Positions 46,454 through 54,808 of a stretch of 64,000 nucleotides of DNA are shown here, piece after piece. The DNA lies in contig JAPLCC010000016.1 in the NCBI GenBank assembly GCA_026392415.1, positions 2,503 through 66,502 on the forward strand, written 5' to 3'. The notes beneath the pieces were generated by a model that ran no database searches, was not told where the DNA came from, and saw nothing but the letters and a program-made list of their open reading frames with translations. Made by a program: the position numbers and the translations under genes. Position 1 is the stretch's first letter. Every line of letters begins with the position of its first letter. Source of the DNA: Propionibacteriales bacterium (lineage in GTDB: Bacteria > Actinomycetota > Actinomycetes > Propionibacteriales > Nocardioidaceae).

Positions 46454-47212
46454 ATGTCCGCGGGAGACGATCACGTCAAGGGCCGCAAGAACCTGAAGCA
46501 CCAGCGGGTCTCGGAGGTCGAGATCGAGGGCCCGGTGTGGTTCATGGCGCCGACGATCTCGAAGACCGCATTGCGGATCGGGGCCTTCAGCTACTTCGTC
46601 GGCGGCGTGATCGACAGTTGCAGCACCATCGGCCGCTACTGCTCGTTCGCCGCCGGGGTGCGCATCGGCGAGCCCGACCACCCGACCGACTGGCTCGCCA
46701 CCTCGCCCTTCCAGTACGACGTCGGGCGCTTCGGCTGGCACCCCTCGGCGGCCGAAGGCACCGCCGTCGAGCCGCACGGATTCCCACGGGGTCCGTCCTC
46801 GATCGGCAACGACGTCTGGATCGGCGCGAACGCAGTCGTCCTGCGCGGCGTGCACATCGGTGACGGCGCCGTGGTGGCCGCGGGGGCCGTGGTGACGAGG
46901 GACGTGCCGCCGTACGCGATCGTGGGCGGCGTGCCGGCTCGCGTGATCCGCGCGCGCTTCGACGATGACCTGGTGGCGGACCTGCTCGACGTGCAGTGGT
47001 GGCGGTTCAGCCCGAACCAGCTCGCCGGCGTGCCCTTCGACGACCCCCGGGCAGCAGTGAGCCAGGTGCGCCAACGCATCGAGGCCGGCATGACGCCGTA
47101 CGTCGGCGAGTGGCGAACCTACGACCGCGGGACGCCGGCCACTGCGACGCCGGACAGTGCGGCACCGGACAGCGCGGCCAAGCCGGCGCGGAAGCGCTGG
47201 GGCCGGGCCTGA
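46454..47212 (+). CDS. CatB/Vat-related O-acetyltransferase (hexapeptide repeat)
   Basis: [65 protein letters not shown]. Confidence 0.9.
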   Translation: MSAGDDHVKGRKNLKHQRVSEVEIEGPVWFMAPTISKTALRIGAFSYFVGGVIDSCSTIGRYCSFAAGVRIGEPDHPTDWLATSPFQYDVGRFGWHPSAAEGTAVEPHGFPRGPSSIGNDVWIGANAVVLRGVHIGDGAVVAAGAVVTRDVPPYAIVGGVPARVIRARFDDDLVADLLDVQWWRFSPNQLAGVPFDDPRAAVSQVRQRIEAGMTPYVGEWRTYDRGTPATATPDSAAPDSAAKPARKRWGRA

Positions 47213-47221
47213 CCCGACGGC

Positions 47222-49249
47222 TCAGGCGAGTCCGCGGCGGGCGAGCAGCGGCTCGATCGGAGCCGGCCGGCCCCGCCATTCCTCATAGGCGTCGAGCGGG
47301 TCGCGGGTGCCACCGATGCCGATGACGTAGCGGCGGTAGAGGTCGCCGTTCTCACGGGTCAGGCCGCCGTTGTCCTTGAACCACGCGACCGTGTCGGCGT
47401 CGAGCAGCTCGCTCCAGATGTAGGAGTAGTACGCCGAGGCGTAGCCGGAGCTGAAGCTGTGGGCGAAGTACGACGTCGCGTAGCGCGGCGGCACGGCGAC
47501 GTTGTCCAGCCCGACGGCCGCCAACGCCTGCTTCTCGAAGGAGAGCACGGCTGAGGGATCGCTCGGCACCTCCTCGGGCCCGAGCTCGTGCCAGGTGAGG
47601 TCGAGCAGTGCTGCAGCGAGGTACTCGCTGGTCCCGAAGCCCTCGTTGAAGGTCTCCGCGGCCTTGATCCGCTCGACGACGTCGGCCGGGATCGGTTCAC
47701 CGGTCTCGTGGTGCACGGCGTAGTTGGCGAGCACCTCGGGCCACAGGATCCACATCTCGTTGACCTGCGAGGGGTACTCGACGAAGTCGCGGAACACGGC
47801 CGTGCCCGAGAACTTCGGATACGTCGCCCGGGCCAGCAGGCCGTGCAGGGCGTGACCGAACTCGTGGAACAGGGTTCGGGTCTCGTCCCAGGTCAGGAGC
47901 GTGGCCTCGCCCCCGGCCGGCTTCGGCACGTTCAGGTTGTTGACCACCACCGCAGTCTCGATCCCCAGGAGCTCGGACTGGCTCACGAAGCTGCTCATCC
48001 AGGCACCGCCGCGCTTCGAGTCGCGGGTGTAGAGGTCCAGCAGGTAGAGGCCGATGGACGCACCGTCCTGGCTGACCTCGAAGACTCGCACGTCGGGGTG
48101 GTAGCCCTGCAGGTCGGTGCGCTCGGCGAAGGTCAGTCCGTAGAGCCGCTCGGCCGCGAAGAAGACCCCGTCGCGCAGCACCCGTTCGGCCTCGAACCAC
48201 GGACGCAGCGCGGCCAGGTCGACGTCGTACTGGGCGGCGCGGACCTTCTCCGCGTAGTACGCCCAGTCCGCCGCCTCGACCTCGAACCCGGCCTGCGCGG
48301 AGAGGGCCTGCTGCTCGCTGCGCGCGTTGCGGGCGGCGGGTGCGGCCAGTCGCTCGAGGAGCGATCGGACGGCCTTGGGTGTACCGGCGGTGTTGTCGGC
48401 CGTGACGACCGCGGCGTGGTTGTCGAACCCGAGCAGGCGGGCGCGCTCGGCACGCAGGCGGAGGATGTCGAGGGCGGTCGAGCGGGTGTCGTGCGGGCCG
48501 CCTCGGCTGCCCCGCGCGCGCTGCGCCTCCGACAGCCGGCGTCGTACGGCGCGATCGGTGAGCGCGGCAAGGTGCGGGTGAGCGGTCGGCAGCACGAGGG
48601 TGAGCAGGTACTTCCCCGCCAGCCCGCGGGCAACGGCTGCAGCGGCCGCTGCGGAGATCTCGCCCGGGGTCAGCCCGTCGAGGTCGGCCGCGTCGTCGAT
48701 GACGACCGCGAGGTCGTTGCTGTCGGCCTGCAACGCGAGCTCGAACGCCGTCTCCTTGCTGGAGATCTCCTCATTGAGCGCGCGCAACCGCTGCTTCTCG
48801 TCGTCACCCAGGGCCGCACCCGCCAGGCGGAACTCCGTGACGTACCGCTCGACGAGGTACGACGCCTCCGGCGCGAGCGTGCTTCGCTGCCGGTCGACGA
48901 CCTGCAACCGTGCCCACAGTTCGGGATCGAGCAGGATCGCGTCGCTGTGCGCCGCCAGCCGCGGGGCGAACTCCGCACGGACCGCGTCGACCGCTGGGGT
49001 GGAGTCCGCGCTCGCCTTGTTCGAGAAGACCCGGAGGACCTGGGTCAGCTCGATGCCGCTGCGCTCCAGGGGCACCAGGGTGTTGTCGAACGTGGCTGGC
49101 TCCGCGTTGCCCGTGATCGCCGCGATGGCGTCGATCTGGGCAGCCATCGCTACCTCGAGCGCTGGCCCGTAGTCGTCGTCCGCGATGTCCGCGAAGCGCG
49201 GCAGCTGGTGCGGCAGGTCACTGGTTCCAAGAAGTGCGTCCGAGGTCAC
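47222..49249 (-). CDS. dcp: M3 family metallopeptidase (peptidyl-dipeptidase Dcp-like)
   Basis: FHEFGHALH, RDSKRGGAWM, DFVEYPSQVNE, GYASAYYSYIWSE. GTG at 49249. Confidence 0.93.
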   Translation of the reverse strand: MTSDALLGTSDLPHQLPRFADIADDDYGPALEVAMAAQIDAIAAITGNAEPATFDNTLVPLERSGIELTQVLRVFSNKASADSTPAVDAVRAEFAPRLAAHSDAILLDPELWARLQVVDRQRSTLAPEASYLVERYVTEFRLAGAALGDDEKQRLRALNEEISSKETAFELALQADSNDLAVVIDDAADLDGLTPGEISAAAAAAVARGLAGKYLLTLVLPTAHPHLAALTDRAVRRRLSEAQRARGSRGGPHDTRSTALDILRLRAERARLLGFDNHAAVVTADNTAGTPKAVRSLLERLAAPAARNARSEQQALSAQAGFEVEAADWAYYAEKVRAAQYDVDLAALRPWFEAERVLRDGVFFAAERLYGLTFAERTDLQGYHPDVRVFEVSQDGASIGLYLLDLYTRDSKRGGAWMSSFVSQSELLGIETAVVVNNLNVPKPAGGEATLLTWDETRTLFHEFGHALHGLLARATYPKFSGTAVFRDFVEYPSQVNEMWILWPEVLANYAVHHETGEPIPADVVERIKAAETFNEGFGTSEYLAAALLDLTWHELGPEEVPSDPSAVLSFEKQALAAVGLDNVAVPPRYATSYFAHSFSSGYASAYYSYIWSELLDADTVAWFKDNGGLTRENGDLYRRYVIGIGGTRDPLDAYEEWRGRPAPIEPLLARRGLA

Positions 49250-49289
49250 GGATCCCACTCTAGGACCCCTGGCGAGCGCCGAGCCTGCG

Positions 49290-50495
49290 TCAGCCCGCGG
49301 TTGCCGGGTCGGGCTCCGGCTCGCTCGGCGGATCCACCGGGGCCGGCTCGGGCTCGGGCTCGGGATCGGCCTCGGTCGCCGGAGGCGGCTCCACCGGGTC
49401 GGGTTCCGGCTCCACCGGCTCCACCGGGTCGGCCGGCGGGTCGGCCGGCGGGTCGACCGGATCGCCCCCGGCGCCGGGCCCGCCGGAGTCACCGGGACCG
49501 GGACCGCCCGGGTCGGCCGGCGGAGGCGCTCCCCCGCTCGAGGGACCACTGTCCGCCGAGGCGTGCAGCTTGCCGCCCTTCTTCGATTCACGGGCGCAGT
49601 CGCAGATCTCGGCCAGGTCGTCGGGGATGGGGAGGAGACCGGGGGCCGCCATGAAGACCGGCACCGCGTCCATCTCCTCCGCGTAGAGAGCAGTCAGCTG
49701 CACGACCGTCGCCGCGAACCCTCGCGTGCGGTGGTACGCCGTCAACGCCTTGCGCAACGCCTTCGCGTCGGCCATGTCCTTGCCCCCGGCGCAGAGCACC
49801 ACGGCAGCGGCGAGCGACGCGTCGTCGACGTCCTGGGGGTCGCGGACGTCGTCGCCGTCAGCATCGACCGCGACCGTCGCCCAGGTGGCGGGCAGCAGGC
49901 CGAACGGACCCACCGGGGCGTCCCAGCGCTTGTTGCCGTCGACCTTGCCGGCATCGGTGTCGTCGACCTCGCCACGGCCGGCCCTGCCGTTGAGCGGCTT
50001 GCCCACGAACGCGGGAGTGACCACGCCATCGTCGTTGAGGTCATGTGAGCCCGTCGGCCCACGTCCGTGGTTGGACTCGATGCGGGCGATCGCGGCGAGC
50101 GTCATCCAGTCCAGGTGACAGTCGGCGGTGGCGTTGATGATTGCCGCCGCGCGTTGGTAGGCACCGAGGGTGCCGTCCGGCGCGTCCAGCAGCGCACCCG
50201 GATAACGACCGGCGAGCGGGGCCCTGCGCACGACGGCGACCGGCTCGACGACGGCAGGTGCGGGCGCAGGTGCGACGACCGCAGGGATCCGGGTCTCGGC
50301 CGCAGGGGCCGAGGTCGCCGGACCGGCGGGCCCAGCGACGGGCGCGGTGACGTCGGGCTCGCCCTGTCGCACGATGCCCGTCGTGGCCAGCACGACAGCG
50401 ACGAGTGCGATCACGGTGACTGCGGCCGTCGTACGACCCCACCATTGCTGGACGAGGCTTCGGTCGCGTCGGTGAAGGCTGGTGATGACCCCCAT
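49290..50495 (-). CDS. Membrane-anchored lytic transglycosylase-like protein with Pro/Glu/Asp-rich tail
   Basis: N-terminal TM, YQRAA..C.LDW..LAAIARIESNHG, DGDDVRDPQDVDDASLAAA..LCAGG, (DP/EP)n tail. aggagg RBS. Confidence 0.82.
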   Translation of the reverse strand: MGVITSLHRRDRSLVQQWWGRTTAAVTVIALVAVVLATTGIVRQGEPDVTAPVAGPAGPATSAPAAETRIPAVVAPAPAPAVVEPVAVVRRAPLAGRYPGALLDAPDGTLGAYQRAAAIINATADCHLDWMTLAAIARIESNHGRGPTGSHDLNDDGVVTPAFVGKPLNGRAGRGEVDDTDAGKVDGNKRWDAPVGPFGLLPATWATVAVDADGDDVRDPQDVDDASLAAAVVLCAGGKDMADAKALRKALTAYHRTRGFAATVVQLTALYAEEMDAVPVFMAAPGLLPIPDDLAEICDCARESKKGGKLHASADSGPSSGGAPPPADPGGPGPGDSGGPGAGGDPVDPPADPPADPVEPVEPEPDPVEPPPATEADPEPEPEPAPVDPPSEPEPDPATAG

Positions 50496-50621
50496 GGTCA
50501 CCCTCCTTGTTCCGATCGAAGTGATGGCCAGTGTTCGCCTGAAATCGGCGCAGCGCAGCCGATTGACCACATCGGCCAACGCACCCGAGGTTCTTTACCT
50601 TCCGGGTGAGAAGATGCGCGG

Positions 50622-51287
50622 GTGGCTGAGCTGACCTTCCGCACCGGGACCATGGACGCGGGAAAGTCGACCCTCGCCCTGCAGACCAACCACAACCACG
50701 CGGCTCGCGGCCGGGTGGGCCGGCTCTTCACCTCGCACGACCGGGCCGGCGCGGCGAAGGTTTCCTCGCGCCTGGGGTTGACCGCCGATGCGCTCGAGGT
50801 CGAGCCATCCTTCAATTTCTGGCGCTTCACCGTCGACGCCCTCACCCAGGGCGCCCGGATCGACTACTTCATCTGTGACGAAGCGCAGTTCTACACCTCC
50901 GAACAGGTCGACCAGCTCGCGATGATCGTCGACGAGCTGCAGATCGACGTCTTCTGCTTCGGGATCCTCACCGACTTCCGGACCCGGCTGTTCCCCGGCT
51001 CCGCGCGGCTCGTCGAGATCGCCGACCGCACCGAGGTGCTCCAGGTCGAAGCCCTGTGCTGGTGCGGCAGGCGCGCGACCCACAACGCCCGCACGGAGAA
51101 CGGCGTCATGGTCACCGAGGGCGAGGTGATCGTCGTCGGCGACGTCGAGGGCGACGCCCCGACCCATGCCGACGACGACGTCGATGTCGCCTACGAGGTG
51201 CTCTGCCGCCAGCACCATCGCCGCGGTCTCACCGCCGCGCGTGCCCGCGCCGTCAGCCTGTCGCCCGAGCCGCTGCCCTTCGCCTGA
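50622..51287 (+). CDS. tdk: Thymidine kinase
   Basis: GTMDAGKST, CDEAQF, FGILTDFR..LFPGS, LCWCG, YEVLCRQHH. Confidence 0.95.
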   Translation: MAELTFRTGTMDAGKSTLALQTNHNHAARGRVGRLFTSHDRAGAAKVSSRLGLTADALEVEPSFNFWRFTVDALTQGARIDYFICDEAQFYTSEQVDQLAMIVDELQIDVFCFGILTDFRTRLFPGSARLVEIADRTEVLQVEALCWCGRRATHNARTENGVMVTEGEVIVVGDVEGDAPTHADDDVDVAYEVLCRQHHRRGLTAARARAVSLSPEPLPFA

Positions 51288-51300
51288 CGGCCGAAGGTCG

Positions 51301-52398
51301 TCAGCCGAAGCCGTAGAACCCCGACGAACCGGGCACCACGAGGTCGCCGTCCCCGACAGGCACGCCCTCAGCCACCACGGCGCACTCCCCTGTCTCGACC
51401 TCGCAGGTGAGCAGGTCCACCGCATCGCCGTCCTCGCGGAAGGCGGCCACGGTGTCGCGGTCCAGCCACTCGTAGGCCAGCGCGTCCGTCCCCTGGATCT
51501 GCAGCGGGAAGCTCTTGCCGCTGGCCAGCTCGACGACCACGGGGCCGTCACTGGTCACCCACCGGCCGCTGGGCGAGACGGCACCGAAGTACCGGCCCTT
51601 CTCGAACGGCAGAACGACCTTCCCGTCCCGGTCGACCACCTCGCTCCCGAGGTCGCCTCCGGACGCCGTCTCGACCAGGCGCACCAGCAGTCCGTCCTTG
51701 ACACCACTGACCCAGCGCTTCGCGCCGGGGCCCGACAACACTGTCGTCGCTCCGGACTCGAGGTCCACGGCGACCGTGCCCCGGAGATCGCTCCAGTACG
51801 CCGTGCCGCCGTCGATCCCGACGAACCAGGCGACGTCGGTGATCGACTCGTCCTCCTCACCACGTGCGTCGGCCTGCACGTCCTGGCGGGTGGTCCTGCC
51901 TGATACGAGGTCGTGGGCCACGAAGGCGGGCGTCGCTCCCGACTCGTCGATCCAGCCGACCCAGCTGTCCTCGGCGTCGGAGACCAGGAAGGTCTGCCCG
52001 GCGCCCTCGCCGACACGGCGCACCTGACCGTCGACGTAGGAGTAGACCTCGCCGTCCGGCGTCAGCACGGCGTACCCGCCGTCGACGCGGACATAGGCCT
52101 GCACCCGGTGGCCCAGATCGAACGATGCGGTCGCGGTGTACAGCGTGTCGCCCACCACCCAGGTGAGCCCGGCCGGAGCACCGTCGGGCAGATCGACGAC
52201 CTGGTCGTCGTCACCTCGACCCGCCACGAGTGCGGTGGCAGCGCACGCCAGCACGAGCGCCACGACGGCTCCGGCGAACACTCCGCGGCGTCGGCCGCGA
52301 ATCCGCCGGTCGCCGGCCAGGGTGATCGCGTCGAGGTCGATGGCGGCGAAATCGCGATCGGCCACGCGCTCCAGCTGGGTCCTGAGCATCTCGGTCAT
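51301..52398 (-). CDS. Putative anti-sigma / ECF partner: single TM plus extracytoplasmic repeat domain
   Basis: ATGA overlap with the sigma gene. Short N-terminus, RRRG-TM, then a propeller-like beta-rich region (inferred). Confidence 0.7.
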   Translation of the reverse strand: MTEMLRTQLERVADRDFAAIDLDAITLAGDRRIRGRRRGVFAGAVVALVLACAATALVAGRGDDDQVVDLPDGAPAGLTWVVGDTLYTATASFDLGHRVQAYVRVDGGYAVLTPDGEVYSYVDGQVRRVGEGAGQTFLVSDAEDSWVGWIDESGATPAFVAHDLVSGRTTRQDVQADARGEEDESITDVAWFVGIDGGTAYWSDLRGTVAVDLESGATTVLSGPGAKRWVSGVKDGLLVRLVETASGGDLGSEVVDRDGKVVLPFEKGRYFGAVSPSGRWVTSDGPVVVELASGKSFPLQIQGTDALAYEWLDRDTVAAFREDGDAVDLLTCEVETGECAVVAEGVPVGDGDLVVPGSSGFYGFG

Positions 52399-52922
52399 GC
52401 CGGCACTCCTCCGGTCGCGAGGTCGTTGAGGTCGAAGTCATCACCGGTCAGCGCGCGCAGCTTGACCAGCGCCGCGGACGTCTGGCTCTTCACCGTGCCG
52501 ACGGCACAGCCGAGCGCGGCCGCCGTCTGGTGCTCGGTGAGGTCCTCGTAGAAGCGCAGCACGATGACCGCGCGCTGGCGAGGTGGCAATTGGCCGAGCG
52601 CCGCCATCAGCGACTGTCGTAAGACGACCGTGTCGGCATGACCGTTGGTGGCCCGGTCCGGCAGCGCGCCGGTGGCCCGTTCGCCGGTCCAGCTCCGCCT
52701 GCGGAACCAGGTGATGGCCGTGGTCGTGATCGCCTTGCGGGTGTACGCCTCGGCGTTCGCGGGATCGCGGAGCCGCGGCCACGCGACGTACGTCCTGGTC
52801 AATGCCTCCTGCACGAGGTCCTGGGCCAGGCCGACATCGCCCACCATCAGGTAGGCCGCACGCTGCAGCGCCGGCGAGCGTGCGGCGACGAACTCCGCGA
52901 AGGCTGCTCGATCGCGTGGCAT
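52395..52922 (-). CDS. SigE-family ECF RNA polymerase sigma factor
   Basis: FAEFVAAR...AYLMVGD...AQDLVQEAL, LPPRQRAVIVLRFYEDLTE..TAAALGCAVGTVKSQTS. Confidence 0.95.
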   Translation of the reverse strand: MPRDRAAFAEFVAARSPALQRAAYLMVGDVGLAQDLVQEALTRTYVAWPRLRDPANAEAYTRKAITTTAITWFRRRSWTGERATGALPDRATNGHADTVVLRQSLMAALGQLPPRQRAVIVLRFYEDLTEHQTAAALGCAVGTVKSQTSAALVKLRALTGDDFDLNDLATGGVPA

Positions 52923-52971
52923 GGGATGACTCCGGTTCTTCAGGGCGCGGTTTCGCGCCGGTCAACCTCCC

Positions 52972-52997
52972 AGACGAGCCGAGCGACGAAAAGGTTC
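52972..52997 (-). promoter_or_regulatory. Candidate ECF-type (autoregulatory) promoter
   Basis: Minus strand GAACC-N16-CGTCT, about 50 nt upstream of the sigma ATG. Confidence 0.55.
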
Positions 52998-52999
52998 GT

Positions 53000-54148
53000 T
53001 CAGTCCAGCAGGACCGGGATCAGCATCTCGTCGGGCGTGAGCGAGCCGTGCATGCCGATCAGCTGTGACTCGTAGGGGAAGCCCTCGGTCGACAGCACCG
53101 CGAAGTCGCCCCGACAGGCGACGACGACGTCACCGATCCGCGGCAGGACCGACGGGTCGACGGGACCGAACCAGCCGCGGGTGATGGCCTCGCCGCGCGT
53201 CATCACCTCGGCTCGATCACCGAGCACCGAACGCCAGGTGGCGACGACGTCGGGGACGGCACCGCCGGTGCAGTAGAGATGCCGGAAGCGTGCCTCGCCA
53301 CCGACGAGGGCGACGCCGTCGCGGAGGTCGTCGTCGCGGTTCACGTCGACCCGGGAGTCGGCGGGGACGTCGACCATGCCGTGGTCGGCGATGACCAGCA
53401 GCCGCCGGTCGCGCGGCAGGGCGTCGCGCAGCTGCTCGGCCTCGTGGTCGATCATCGCCAGCTGCTGGAGCCACTGCGAGGACGCGACGCCCCAGCGGTG
53501 TCCGGTCCAGTCGAGGTCGCCGTCGTAGACGTAGGTCAGTGCGGGTTGGCGCGGAGCCGGTCGCGATGCCGCCACCACGGCAGCGATCCGCTCACCGACC
53601 CGGTCGACCCCGACGTAGTCGGCGCCGCGGTGCGCGGCGACGGTCAGGCCGCTGCCGTTGAACTCACGCTTGTTGACGACCGTGACCCGCACGCCGGCGT
53701 ACTGCAGCGACGCGAAGGCGGTCTGGTGCGGCTGCCACTGCGTCGGCTCGACGTCGCCGTCCCAGGTCAAGGCGTTCAACAGCTCGCTGGTGCCGGGGAT
53801 CCGCGTCGTGAAGCCGATCAGGCCGTGCGCACCCGGGACCAGCCCGGTGCCGAGGGAGGTCAGCGAGGTCGAGGTCGTGGACGGCACTCCGGCCGTCATC
53901 GGCGAGGACGCCGCCAGCAACGAGGAGAGGTACGGCGCAGCGTGCGCGTACCGCTCCAGGAGCCGGGCACCGAGGCCGTCGATGAGGAACACCACGTAGG
54001 AGGCGGCATCGGGAAGCGTGAGACCGGTCGGCGCCGGTCCGAGCGGACTGCCGAGCGCGTGCGCAGCGGCTGGTACGACGTCGCCGAGCGAGCGCACGCC
54101 GTACGCCGGTTCGCAGAACCCCTCGACCCCCGTCTGTTCCACCGTCAC
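53000..54148 (-). CDS. Alkaline phosphatase superfamily nucleotide pyrophosphatase / phosphodiesterase
   Basis: FLIDGLG, PSTTSTSLTSLGTG, DLDWTGH, IADHG, GMHGS. Confidence 0.9.
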   Translation of the reverse strand: MTVEQTGVEGFCEPAYGVRSLGDVVPAAAHALGSPLGPAPTGLTLPDAASYVVFLIDGLGARLLERYAHAAPYLSSLLAASSPMTAGVPSTTSTSLTSLGTGLVPGAHGLIGFTTRIPGTSELLNALTWDGDVEPTQWQPHQTAFASLQYAGVRVTVVNKREFNGSGLTVAAHRGADYVGVDRVGERIAAVVAASRPAPRQPALTYVYDGDLDWTGHRWGVASSQWLQQLAMIDHEAEQLRDALPRDRRLLVIADHGMVDVPADSRVDVNRDDDLRDGVALVGGEARFRHLYCTGGAVPDVVATWRSVLGDRAEVMTRGEAITRGWFGPVDPSVLPRIGDVVVACRGDFAVLSTEGFPYESQLIGMHGSLTPDEMLIPVLLD

Positions 54149-54155
54149 GCCGACC

Positions 54156-54749
54156 TCAGCCCCGGGTCAACGCAGAGAGCGATGCGGCGAATGACAGCAG
54201 TCCCCCGACCGCGTCCTTGCCATCGGCGGCGGCCGACACACGCAGCGAGAAGTCGTCCGACGAGAGGCTCCCGGTGAAGCCGTGGTCGGCGTCGCACTGC
54301 GGGTCGTTGCAACCGGCGGGCTCGAGGTCGAGGCGACTGACGGCACCCCATCCGATGGTGAGCACGGCTTCAGCCGGCGGGGTGGGCCCGGCGGTCGGGT
54401 TGGTCGTCATCCGGGTCACGACGACCGACGCGACGGCCCTCAGGCTCACCGCCTCGGTGGAGGTGGAGGTGTAGGGCTCGGGGAGCAGGTCGTCGCCGGC
54501 GTGCTCGTCGGTGTGGGCCAGGATCAGCCGGCTCGGCGTGAGCACGATGACGGTCTGGTGGCGGCGGACCTCGTCACGTTCGAAGGTCGGCTCGTGGTGC
54601 ACGTAGAAGGACACCACCGCCTCGCCGCCCAGGGCGCCCGTCACCGCGTCCGCGACGACCTCCGGGTAGTAACCCGTGCGGTCGATCGCAGTCTGGAGGT
54701 CGGTGATCCGGTCCTTCTCGTCGCCACCGCGAAGACGTGCATTCGGCAT
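54156..54749 (-). CDS. DUF5998-like conserved actinobacterial protein
   Basis: IDRTGYYPEVV, HHEPTFERDEVRRH, TIGWGAVSRLDLEPAGCNDPQCDADHG. Confidence 0.85.
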   Translation of the reverse strand: MPNARLRGGDEKDRITDLQTAIDRTGYYPEVVADAVTGALGGEAVVSFYVHHEPTFERDEVRRHQTVIVLTPSRLILAHTDEHAGDDLLPEPYTSTSTEAVSLRAVASVVVTRMTTNPTAGPTPPAEAVLTIGWGAVSRLDLEPAGCNDPQCDADHGFTGSLSSDDFSLRVSAAADGKDAVGGLLSFAASLSALTRG

Positions 54750-54808
54750 GGGCGCATCTTCGCACGGCCCCCGGAACCCGCCTCCGGCAGCGCTCGGTCG
54801 GGCGGCGC

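Noticed and set aside
47137-47176. Short tandem repeat (PDSAA x2) at the end of the acetyltransferase gene
   Set aside because: Only two imperfect 15-nt copies in a low-complexity tail, not distinguishable from chance.
50496-50621. c-di-AMP (ydaO) riboswitch upstream of the cell-wall enzyme
   Set aside because: None of the conserved ydaO segments could be recognised on either strand.
53000-54148. PglZ / BREX phage-defence gene
   Set aside because: Stand-alone alkaline phosphatase superfamily enzyme in a housekeeping neighbourhood, with no brx/pgl partners.
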